From NCBI GenBank assembly GCA_043228905.1, contig JBHGNT010000012.1:620001-684000 (forward strand): a stretch of 64,000 nucleotides of DNA. The letters run 5' to 3'. The notes below the pieces were generated by a model. That model saw only the letters and a list, made by a program, of their open reading frames with translations. It ran no database searches and had not been told where the DNA came from. This document shows, one piece after another, positions 21,901-33,570 of this stretch (its first letter is position 1; every line of letters begins with the position of its first letter). The position numbers and the translations under genes are program-made. The DNA is from Azolla caroliniana (Eukaryota > Plantae > Polypodiophyta).

Positions 21901-24900
21901 AAAAATGGGATTTTTGCTTTGAATTCAAGAGTAGATGGGGGATCAATCAAAGAGTTGTTAAGCCTCAAGTTATAAACAATATTGAGTGCCAATTACAACG
22001 ACTTTGAATGTCATCTTGAATACTCTTTTTAGTTAATCATGTTTTCAAAACCATTGTTATGATAAGACATTATTATGAAACTAAATTTGAAAGTGAGAAT
22101 GATCACAAACTCTAAAACACCGCTACACATGAATATAAAAGTTTAAACCATTTCATTTCACACATGGTACACTTGGAATTTGACCCTACAATAAAAAACA
22201 ATACAAAATTATTTAAACACCATTGCGTCACAAGCAAATGGGGAACATATCTTCCCAATATCAACAAAATTTGGTGTGGTCAAGGATAAGATATTTAGTG
22301 CATGTGGCTAATCATAAGTAGAAAAGGTAAAACACCCAGAAGAACTTGGTCTAATGAGTGTAGATAGCCAAGGATTGCATAACTCAAGATCCTATATCCT
22401 CCCACAAGTTCATGAGTTTCCCCTGAGAAACATAAGTAACTAGGTCCGACTTATAATAACTATGCCCTTGGACATCCTCATTGGATGGACGTTTATTATC
22501 CTCCTTTAAACTGTCAAGACTTTTCCCAAACAAAATATTATTTGCTAATCTCTTTCGTAAGGTATCAATCTTGAAGAACTATGGCGACAAGCACACATAA
22601 CCTTGGGGTATCCGATTCGTCTTCCCCTCAAACACATAAGTAACTAGGTCTGGCTTATAATAACTATGCCCTTGGACATCCTCATTGGATGGACATTTAT
22701 TATCCTCCTTTAAACCATCAAGACTTTTCCCAAACAAAATATTACTTGCTAATCTCTTTCGTAAGGTAGCAATCTTGAAGAACTATGGTGACAAGCACAC
22801 ATAACCTTGGGGTATCCGATCCGTCTTTACATGCCAACAACTATGCCCATCACAATAAACAACACTTTCATGGTGTTAAGAATTAGGTAAGTAATTAAGG
22901 GTTAATTAGTACCTAATTATGTGATTAGTTGATAAGCGGAAGATTATGTGATATGTGTGTGTATGTGTGTGAGAGGAAGAGAGAGAGGAGAGATACACTT
23001 ATGAACAACACAAGATGGGGGATGAGTAACTATATTAAATTAGCTTTATCATCATCAAATACTAAAATACCCACAATGAGGCATATATACATCTCATGTG
23101 CAAAGGTGCACATGTGTGAGTAGAATATAGGTACTAATGTGTAAGTCCTATATTAAATGTACTTAGGAGTGGAGGATCTAGAATATCCCACTTAAGTACA
23201 AGGTCCTATTTAAGGTGTTCTAGTCAACACTTCTAACTAGATTTTATTTAGGTAACTACGAAGTTACATTGTTGACTAATTAACTAAACTAAGTTGAGCT
23301 TGATCTCTCAACACGCCCCCTCAAGCTCAAGTGTGAGGCGTCCGACATCCACTTTGGCTTTCGTCGGCTTCGTGTGCTTCCGTACAGCCTTCAACTTTCT
23401 TCGCTATGGCAATCTCGGTTCCTCCCCCTCAAGCCGGTGATGAAGGCTTGTAACGTGTGGGTGAAGGTCGACTACTTCCACCTATCGTGGGTTACAAGCT
23501 GCTTCGGTGGAGCTCTTGGGCTCTTGTTCGGCCGCTACCTTCATCGCGAAGGCGTAATGATGGGCCATGTACTCGTTGTAGCCATGCTAAGTGATGTGGT
23601 TCTTAGCTCTAGATGAGTGTCAAAGTTTTTCACTCGCCAATGTGAGCGCCTTCTTTACTCCGGGTGTCCGCATGATGGGTACGCCGAACTCACTGTCCAA
23701 TGAGGGAGCCAATCCATCCGAATCACTATCGTCGAGGTGATCGACTTCGTATTCGGGCATCTTACCTTTGCCTTTGTCCAAGTTCGTACTTGGCCGCAAC
23801 GTGCTTGGGTCGCATGGGGGCTCTTGTGGCCCACTAGTCTTTGTTGTAATCAGTCTCTCTTCGAACATATGTTCGAAGCGATCTCCATCTTCTACCTCTT
23901 GTTCGGCGGATTCCGGGTCGAGCAGAGTCGGAGTCGAAGTTGTCTCTAGTGCGTACCAGGATGCGGACTCATTGAAGACTACGTCTCGACTTACCTGAAC
24001 CACTCGGGTAGAAGGGTTGTAGCACTTGTATGCTTTCTTCTCGGACGAGTATCCTATGAGGATACATTCCTCCGACTTCGCGTCGGGCTTCTGTTGACTT
24101 TCGTTCGGGATGCGTACATTCGCAATGCTTCCGAACACCTTGAGGTGTGACAGGATTGGCTTCCTTCCGACGAGGAGCTCGTAGGGAGTTAGCTCATGGA
24201 CTCCATTGGTGGTGCACCGGTTCATGAGATAGACGGTCATGGATGCCGCTTCGGCCCAATAGAAATTCGGCATGTGCTTCTCATGCATCATGGTGTGTGC
24301 TACCTCGAGTATTTGCCGATTCTTCCTTTCGGCGACTCCATTTTGTTGGGGTGTTTGTCGGCACGAGAATTCTCTCCGAATGCCTTCACTTTGGAGGTAG
24401 GAGGTGAATTCGTCAGAGCAATACTTCTTTCCTCCATCTGATCGTAGGCATCGGATGTGCCGATTGGTTTCTTTTTCGACTTGCCCCTCAAGCTTTTGGA
24501 AGTGGGAGAACACTTCACTCTTCTTCTTCATTGGGTAGATCCACGTGTAGCGCGAGTAGTCGTCCATGAAGGTTACGTAGTATCGGCATCCGCCGATTGT
24601 CGGCGTTTGAGCCGGTCCCCATACATCCGAGTGTATGACGTTGAGGAGGCCTTTGCTTGCGGAGCTCTCCTTCGGGAATGGGAGTCGATGTTGTTTGCCG
24701 AGTTGACACGCTTTGCATACTCGGTCAACTCGAATGTCGGAAGTCCGATGACGACTCCCTTTGTTTGCATTGCTCGAAGCCATTGGAGGTTTATGTGGCC
24801 GATTCTCTTGTGCCACAACTCGATGCTTGTCTCGGTTTTGAGACCTTTGGCGTACATTGCCGATTTCACCTCGTTCGAATCGAGGATGAACATTCGGTCG

Positions 24901-25762
24901 TCTGTCCGACCCTTAGCTATGAGTCGGCCATCTTTCTCGATTAAGCATCCTTCTTTATTGAAGCGGACTTGCATGCCTTGCTCCATGATTTGGCCGACCG
25001 AGACCAAATTCTTCGTTATTGTGGGCACGTGCAAGACATTCTTGATGCAAGTTTGCTCGCCTTCTTTCCCAAATGGGACATTGCCGATGTGCCGAATGGG
25101 GTGTGTGGTGTCGTCACCCATCTCTATGAAGCCGGGTTGATCCGGCGTTCGTAAATCACGAAATCACTCTTCGTGAGATGTCATGTGATGTGAGGCACCG
25201 GAATCGACGAACCACATGTCTTTCAAGTTGGAGGTGCTTGCGGAGTTAGAGGTCGTCATAGAGTTCACTCTATGCCTCATTACGAACATTTCGCCACGGT
25301 CGCCATAGTCGGAATTTGTGGCATAGTTTGTAAACATTTCACTACGATCGTCGTAGTTGGAATTCGACGTGTGATTCGTGAACATTCCGCTACGGTTGTC
25401 GTGGTCGAAGTTCGATGCGTAGTTTATGAGGTGTCACCTTGTTGAAGCCGACTCACTTCTCTTTTTCCGACACTCCGCCTCGTAGTGGCCAAATTTGCCG
25501 CAATAGTTGCAAGTTGCGGGCCTCATTTGCCAACCATGTTCGGCGTGGAAGCTCCCCCTTCTTTCGAAGGTTCCTAGATAGCTTCCGTGAAGGTTTGATT
25601 TTGCTTCATGTGATGGGTCGAATTGACCTCTTTTACCGTCGTAACCTCATCCTCGGCCACCATCCGAATTCTAGAAGAACATTTGTCCTTCCAATGTCTT
25701 GGTTTTGGTTTGGACGTGGTTCTCTTCAACCATTAGCATTGATTGAAGGTCGAAGAACGAGG

Positions 25763-26188
25763 TGTTGGGAGACAGGTTTTGTTGGGAGACAGGTCCCTCC
25801 GGATGGGAAGGGAGAAGAACAGTGCCGACGAACAAACTCGGCCGAGGCCAATAGGCCGAGGCCAAAACAGTATGAGGAGTACCCGGCTACGGAGAGCCGG
25901 ATGATACAGGCCCGGTGTGAACCGGATGAGGAGTACCCGACTACGGAGAGCCGGATGGTGCAGGCCCGGTGTGAACCGGATGAGGAGTACCCGGCTACGG
26001 AGAGCCGGATGGTGCAGAACTGGTGAGAATCGGAGGAAGAGACATATTCGTAAATATGTTTCTGAGAGCCCATCGAGGCTATATTTGTAAATAGCCAAAA
26101 AGTCATATTAGTATAAATATGACTTAGGGCAAACTTTTAGGATGTCGTTGTCAATTTCTGTCTTGCACGAAATCAGAGTGTGTAACTG

Positions 26189-26226
<38 letters not shown>

Positions 26227-26509
26227 GGTCGTTACCTCTGTTGTAACTGCCGCTTGTGGCGAAGATCGTGAGCACGAGGTCGTTGCCTCCGTGGACTCAC
26301 TGTTTTGTACATTCTTACATATTGACAGTTTGCAGCCTATGGACTGTCGTGGTTTTTCCCCTAGTTTGGGGCTTTCCACGTAAACCTCCTGTGTAGTGTG
26401 TGTATATCTTCCTCTCCTTTGTGTCGTGTTTTATTTCCCGTTTTCTGTGTATCATTCTACGCTCGGTTGTGGCCGAGCATCGCGCATAAGGAACGTTGGG
26501 TTCCTGTCA
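25763..26509 (+). mobile_element. Solo LTR (747 bp) nested in the copia gag
   Basis: Termini TGTTG...TGTCA. TSD CGAGG at 25758-25762 and 26510-26514. Removing it restores gag RENPPS|FFDLQSMLMVEENH. Carries a 54-bp tandem repeat (about 2.7 copies, 25872-26017) and TATAAAT near 26112. Confidence 0.9.
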
Positions 26510-27220
26510 CGAGGGAGGGTTTTCCCTCGCCAAGATTGCCGTCCTCAACTAGTCGAATCATTGTGAGAGGCCGCCCAAGCATACTTGAACCATCTCGTCT
26601 TCGTCGACGTTTATTTTGATGGAGCCAAGCGAGCCACAAATGCTCTTGATCTTGGTGGTGTAGTCCGACACAAACATGTCTTTTTGCCGAATATTGTTCA
26701 ACTCTTGTCAGAGTTGAAGCTTTCGGGCGGTCATGTTGGCGGCGAACATTTTCTTTAAGTTCTCCCACGCCTCTTTGGGCGTCTTGGCGTCTCGAATGTG
26801 GCTAAGCATGTGGGCGTGGACACATGTTGCCAAGCAATACATGACTCGACTCACCGCTTGCTCCCATGTTGCATAGTCGGCATTTTTCGAGTCGGGTCGA
26901 TTTTCTTGTGCATCATTGATGTAGCTCCAATACCCTTGGCCGACGAGGTATTGGGTCATCTTGTACTCCCAAGATGAATAATTGCTCCAGTCTAGCTTTT
27001 CGCTAGGGAGCGAGCTACGCATTTGTGTGTTCATGTTGATTGTGTCTTCTCTTCTTTTGTTTTTCTTCCTTCGATCACGTGCACGTGCTACGTAGCGGCA
27101 CTACAGTAGCCGATAGCCGGATTTTGTCGTCAGCATCTCAAACACACAATCACGGAGTCAGGTGGGCTTAGTGGATTTTCTAAACCACACGCTCTGATAC
27201 CATGTTAAGAATTAGGTAAG

Positions 27221-27613
27221 TGTTGAGAATCAAGCTCAACTTGGTCTAGTGTGTGAACTCACCTTGAGAGTGAATAGACACTCCAACGGTCAAGAGTCAC
27301 CATTATGTCACCACTTTGTATTCTAGCATTTAGTATGAGTCATAGAATCATATTCTATGACACATAACTTATGAGCTTTCACATTCCCCATGCTCCATGA
27401 GTCTTGTAGTTAATGAAGAGAGAGGGTGACTATATAAAGCACCCCCCTCCCACCTTGTATATTGTTGAGTCTTTCTCCTTTGTTAATATACTTTACCTTG
27501 CGTATTCTTTGTGTCTTACTCCTTGTCTCTCTCTCACTCTCTCTCTCTCTCTCATACACACACACAGTTCATATTTATTCCGCTGCACAGAATCCATCTC
27601 TTGATTCTTTACA
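27221..27613 (+). mobile_element. Solo LTR-like insert (393 bp) in the copia 5' LTR, opposite orientation
   Basis: Absent from the other LTR. Termini TGTTG...TTACA. TATATAAA near 27431. The first 22 or so bp nearly match the host LTR's own sense-strand start. No clean TSD. Confidence 0.78.
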
Positions 27614-30299
27614 AGGTTAATTAGTACCTAATTATGTGATTAGTTGATAAGCGGAAGATTATGTGATATGTGTGTGTATGTGTGTGAGAGGAAGAGAGAG
27701 AGGAGAGATACACTTATGAACAACACAAGATGGGGGATGAGTAACTATATTAAATTAGCTTTATCATCATCAAATACAAAAATACCCACAATGAGGCATA
27801 TATACATCTCATGTGCAAAGGTGCACATGTGTGAGTAGAATATAGGTACTAATGTGTAAGTCCTATATTAAATGTACTTAGGAGTGAAGGATCTAGATTC
27901 TAGAATATCCCACTTAAGTACAAGGTCCTATTTAAGGAGTTATAGTCAACACTTCTAACTAGATTCTATCTAGGTAACTACGAAGTTACATGGTTGACTA
28001 ATTAACTAAACTAAGTTGAGCTTGATCTCTCAACACATGGTAAGTTCGAATGAGCTCCAACCATCAAATACCAATCCCATTGGGTATTATGTTTACCATA
28101 CCTTGTTCAACATTTGTAAATGATAATGTTTCTACCATTTTTTAATCATTAAGTGAACCATGTTCTAGTCAATGATCAATCAAATATATCTTAGGATGTT
28201 AGGATTCATGATAGCACTTTACAACTTATTAGGAATGAAGATGATCTTGCGCAAGTTATTCAAAAAATAACAATAAAATGGACAAAAAAATTATGCACAA
28301 TACACCAAAAATTTTAATTTGGAAAACCCTCAAAGAGGGATAAAGAACCAAGGGACAAAGTCCAGAAACAATTCACTATCAACAAGTAAAATCCATTGTC
28401 GTGGAGAGTTCATGAGGACAAGGTTGGAGGTGGAGAAGGTTCAATGTGGTAGTGAAGGTTTGAGGGGGACAAGGTTACAACTTCCCACTTGGTGGTTTGA
28501 ATCATGATACGAACATTTGACACAAACCTCGCAATGAACTCTTCCCATTGACAACATGAGTTTCTTGATGCGGTAATTCAAGGACGCGTTTTTCACCAAA
28601 ATTTTCTCCGAATCATGTAAACATGCACTTCGAGTTTGGATTCAAAGCCAAAAATACACCGTGATCCTTGTTTGATAATGTGTCGAATACATCCAAAATT
28701 AGAATACATTGAAGATTGACAAGCTAATTTAGATACAAGCGAGATTATTCTTGTCTTTGTTACATTGAGTGGATTGAAAGGTAAAGTTGTTGCTTGATGG
28801 CGTGGGCTTCGTTGATAGAGGTGAGTCAAAGTTGGGTTAGTTATGCATGCACGCCTTTTTAGGATAATGATTTGATGGTGTAGATCCCATTGGATTATTT
28901 AAACACACCCCACCCTTCACCATTCGTGACCACGATTCCCTCACCATGCCTCTTTATGATTTGGTAGCAAATAGACACGAGCCTCCACATGTAATAAACA
29001 TGTGTGGAAAGGTTGTCGTTAGTAGACGTCTACAACAGTGTATGCAGGACAGTGTGTGCACTAATAGACAACAAGTGTGTGATGGAAGCAAAGTACACTG
29101 AAATGTGAGGCAAATGCAAGGTAGAAAGGAGAGAGAAGCGGCTAGCACAACAATATACACTATATACTTCAAGAAGGGTAGCTACAAAGAACACACAATA
29201 CAAACTTGGTTATATACTAACACAAGTTAGGGCAAATGCCCTTTTGATTATTACAAATATAGTCTGTCTAAATGGACAATGTGAATACAACCATTATATA
29301 GACATACTAAATTACACGGCTACTTAGATTTAAATGTTGCTTTTATGAACCAACACACGTTAGTCTCATAATTAGACTACAACGATATGTGTTTATAAGG
29401 ACTTCTTTCAAGACCAATCTTGGGCAAAGTTTCTCATCCCTACCGACAATTTTCATGCTTCTCATTATCCAATTTTTAATCACTACCACCGTTTTCCTAC
29501 GAGTGTTAATGTTGGCCGAAACATTGTCATGATGTGGCGGGCCTATAGGTCAAAAGTGGATAAAATGGGGATCTATCCATAGATATAAAAACATATGAAT
29601 ATTTGAAAAGTTAAATATAATATAGTCAAGTGATTATGGGTATTGATTATTTACAAGAGGTATATAGTTTGAATCTCTTTTAGAGTTTATTAAGAAAGAA
29701 ATATTCATTCTTTTGTAATTTCGAATAAAAAAAGGGGGGGAAACCATATAAAAATATGCGCCTTGAAAAAGAGGGAAAGCATGTAAAAAATAGGCGCCAC
29801 AAAAAGCGGGAGGGGGGAGGGAAGCATGTAAAAATTAGGCCTCTCTTACTCTATTAAAAAAGAGAGAAGAGGGTTTATTTAGGGGTCGCTCATTTTGTGG
29901 TTGGGAGTGTACCATTAGGGTTTTGGCTTCCTCTCCGTCACTTCTTAGTTAGTCTTCTTCTTCTTATCAACATACTTGAGGTTTTTAGGGTTATATTTTT
30001 ACCTCTTCTTCATGAGTATTTTGGGCCCTTTGTTTTCATCATCGTCATCACGTTCTTCTTCATCTTCTTCTCAAGTGTGCCATCGCTTACTTCGACTCCT
30101 ATGTTCACATTGACTCATTTGCTTGCATCATCACCTACATTCGCATGAACTCTTTTGATAGTGTCATCGCCTTCGTTCACATCATTTCCTATATCTGTGT
30201 TGTTGCCATGCAAGGAGAACAACGAAGTGGTTAAAAGAATCTTCTCGCTTGGCAAACTTCCTCCCCATTCAAGCCCGGTTCAGGTCCCCTATAGCCCCA

Positions 30300-30860
30300 T
30301 TCGAGTAGTACACATACTCACATTTTTACATGACATCTTGGTGAACCCAACGTGAAAGAGAGGTAGGGGAAGATGACAATGACAAATGAAGATTTCATGT
30401 TGTCAAGAGCATGGTGGAAAAGGTTGGTCATTTCAACGGGGACAAGGTCCCAAGATTTTTGGAATCCTACAATGTTGAAATGAATTAGAGAGATGTGGGT
30501 GAGGCACAAAAGCTCAAATGTTTTTGTCGGGTGGTGGTGATGCCTATATATGAGGAGGTCAAAAAGCTTCAAGAAGCTCACGAATCATGGAGATCTCTTG
30601 AGAAAGCATTACTCAAGAAGTACGACTATACCAAGTCAAAGCGACGAGGTCGGTGCTAGTTCAACAAATGGGCGGCATCATCGAATACACATGAAAGTGT
30701 TGTGCACACGTTCCTAGAGTTTGAGTGTTGTTTTGCCCAACTATGGAGGGGATCAAAGACTGTTGGGGGTGGATAAGGTCCTAATGTTTGTGAAGTCGAT
30801 CGATTGAAAGGAAAGGATGGCCATCGGAGTCCAGTTAGAGGATGACGACAATCCTGGTTT
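30300..30860 (+). mobile_element. Decayed Ty3/gypsy-like gag relic
   Basis: Broken-frame peptides FNGDKVPRFLESYNVEM and YEEVKKLQEAHESWRSLEKALLKKY, with many stops. Confidence 0.45.
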
Positions 30861-32994
30861 ATACTCATATTCACCCATGCTACATGCATACACTATTGAA
30901 CAAACCATAGAATGAACCTTACGTACCATACGTGCATTCGCATTCGAGAAAGATTCAATCAAACGTGTATGGTAAATCATCTCAAAGTTGGAAAAAAAAG
31001 ATTGGAATTTCAAAAAATGGCTATGGTCTATATTATATATTGATAAAATCAAATGTCAACACAATTGAAAGTTCAAAACTTAGGAATTACTTTACTAAAA
31101 CATTAGAAAGCACGAACATAAAAATCAAGTAGTTCAAAGACATAATTGTATTGATGATGAGCTCATCTTGGAATTATCAATGTTCTCATCTCGCAACTAG
31201 TGAAGGTATCAATTGCTTCGCTTTAGAACTTTACAAAAAAATGAGTATGAATGAAAATATGTCATTATAAATTATTTGAGAATATGAAGAAAACATGACA
31301 CTAGCATAAAATTTTGCTATGACATGACACTAACGCAAGAGAGATGAGAAAATTGGGAATTGAATCCCCAAGACATAGGAAATATTAGTATAACTTACCG
31401 CTAGGCTGAGCTAATTTCCAATAATATGAAAAAAAAGCAAAATGAAAGTTACATAAAATTTTGCTATAATATGACACTAACGAGAAAGAGATGAGAAAAT
31501 TGGGAATTGAACCCAAGATGTAGACAATACTAACATGATAACTTACCACTAGAGTGAGCTAATTTCCAGCAATAAGAAAAGGACAACCCATATTTTTACT
31601 TTTCAAACGTGTTCGTTTCCAAACGTTTGTATGCTTGCACGAACACGTTTATTACGTTCTATGGAACAAACTAAAGTGGAGGACCTTAGGGAGAGAGAAT
31701 TAGAGGCAAGAGACAAAAGAGATTTGAATGTAAATGGACTAACCTTTCGAGTCACAAGCACAATTGGTGCGTGTTGAGTAGGCGGAAAATCTCGCAATCA
31801 GAGAGCAATGAGAAGGAGGTGCCACAATTGCTGAGTAGGGAGCAACAAGGAGAAGGAAATCTCGATAGTCGGCACATAGGTAATCTCAATAGTGGACACA
31901 CACGAAAAGAGGGGAAAGAGGGGGAAAAGAAGGATTCAAAGACAACATAAAAAACTTTTTGTTTTACCTTTTTTTTTTACAAAACTACATAAACAACCGA
32001 TTCAAAAAATATGAACTAGCTAGATGCTTTTTAGGAAATCTTGGCCAAAATCACTTCTGCAAATGTCCCAACATAATCGGAACGTTGACATTGTTCTTGG
32101 GACTTTGCCCAACACTGTCCAGGAGTCAAGACCACGAAAAGTTCTAGATGGCTCCAATGCCGAGTTAGCTTGTTTTGAAACCAACTACCCATACTTTCTA
32201 GCTAAATTTATTGGGTGCGACGGGTTAAAGATATTCATACTTGGGGAAAACTTTTAGGTGCATCCCATCTCGATTATCCATTGTGAAGGCATCCATCACA
32301 GAAAAATGATTGCCCAATTATACGTGGGCTGAATAATCTATAGGCAATGCCCTATTGAGGTTCAATCGGACCTATGTTATGGAGGCACAATGCCGTGTTG
32401 GATAAATAAGTGTATTACATGGATTACCATCAAAGCTAGAAAACTGTCTCAAAAGTGAGCACCTAAACTTAATTGACCCCCCCCCCCCCCCCCCCCCAAA
32501 GTACTAAAATCTGGTTTACTAAAATTAGTAGTAAATACGAGGAGGTCAGAAATGTAAATAACGTAACCAAAGGAAACAAATATGTACATATATATTTGTC
32601 TAAAATAATAAATATTGGACAAAATATTGATATAATATGTTTTTATCTTCCGGTTTTGATAAACCATGTGTAGATGACCGGAAATAGCCAGTGAGACCCC
32701 AGCAGATGACTGGTAATAGCCAGTAAGCGCGCGGCGATGATGTTTTTCAAAATTCTGATGGGATGACCGAGACAGCCGGTACATCCTTCGTGTTATTGGG
32801 GGTTCTACTTTTAAAATTGAACGCGGGGATACCGATAATAGCCGGTACTCTTTTTCTGCAGCACACGCAAGAACAAAGCTTCACGCCATTTTCTTCGCAT
32901 TTGTCCTAACCTGCTTATTGTCGCCACAGAACGCAGGTAAGAATCTTAAACCCTAATTCTGGTTCGGTTTTCTTGCTTCAAATATAAAGCTTGG

Positions 32995-33481
32995 TAAACC
33001 CTAAACCCTAAGGACTAACTCCTCATCTGCTTCGTATACGCCTGTTAATGCCGCAGTCAAAGAGTAAACCCTAATCCTCACCTCCTTGCTTGCTTCATTG
33101 AAGCTCGCCATCGCACTGGTAAACTCCAAATCCTAACTACCATTTTCTTGCTCCTATTGTATAAATCGTTAAACACACTCGCGAAATCCAACCCTAACCC
33201 GAAAACTGAACCCTAAACCTTTACTGTTCAAGGTAGATAAACCCTAAACCCTAAGGACTAACTCCTCATCTGCTTCGTATACGCCTGTTAATGCCGCAGT
33301 CAAAGAGTAAACCCTAATCCTCACCTCCTTGCTTGCTTCGTTGAAGCTCGCCATCGCACTGGTAAACTCCAAATCCTAACTACCATTTTCTTGCTCCTAT
33401 TGTATAAATCGGTAAACGCACTCGCAAAAATCCAACCCTAACCCGAAAACTGAACCCTAAACCTTTACTGTTCAAGGTAGA
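32995..33481 (+). repeat. 243/244-bp tandem duplication rich in telo-boxes (AAACCCTA) in the DUF936 gene 5' leader
   Basis: 32995-33237 and 33238-33481 are almost identical. They follow a probable 5'-UTR donor CAG|GTAAG at 32936/32937. Confidence 0.9.
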
Positions 33482-33570
33482 TAAACCCTAACTTTTCATC
33501 TTCTCCATTTGAAAGATCAGAAGCTTAGGGAGAGATAGACAGAAAGAGAGTGCTCCGCATTGCACTCGCG

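Larger units (their letters stand above)
22874..28035 (-). mobile_element. Ty1/copia LTR retrotransposon with RT-RNase H deleted (non-autonomous)
   Basis: TSD CATGG at 22869-22873 and 28036-28040. LTRs 22874-23313 and 27203-28035. PBS TGGTATCAGAGC (iMet) at 27191-27202. PPT at 23314-23325. gag from 27034 (KLDWSNYSSWEYKM), protease WFVDSGASHHMT, integrase IHSDVWGP/LRSDGG/PQQNGVAERKNR. No RT motifs before the PPT. Confidence 0.95.
22261..28203 (-). pseudogene. Decayed exon-2 copy (copy D) split by the copia insertion
   Basis: 22261-22873 and 28041-28203 align with exon 2 of copies A and B (ACAAGCACACATAACCTTGGGG, AATGAGCTCC). Internal duplication of about 204 bp (22418-22621/22622-22825). No TIR exon found upstream. 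Confidence 0.85.

Noticed and set aside
25439-26106. 195-aa, 126-aa and 121-aa ORFs with 18-aa repeats
   Set aside because: Products of the 54-bp tandem repeat inside a TSD-flanked solo LTR.
28204-29500. Further LTR-like relics where the TIR exon of copy D should be
   Set aside because: An LTR-type motif near 28320-28352 is visible, but termini and TSD could not be defined.
32477-32497. Long poly-C runs (also near 57440 and 62963)
   Set aside because: Simple homopolymers of unreliable length with no associated structure.
32940-33490. AAACCCT repeats as interstitial telomere
   Set aside because: Dispersed single or double units in a 5' leader, as also seen before purB (about 50386 and 50430). 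These are ordinary telo-boxes.
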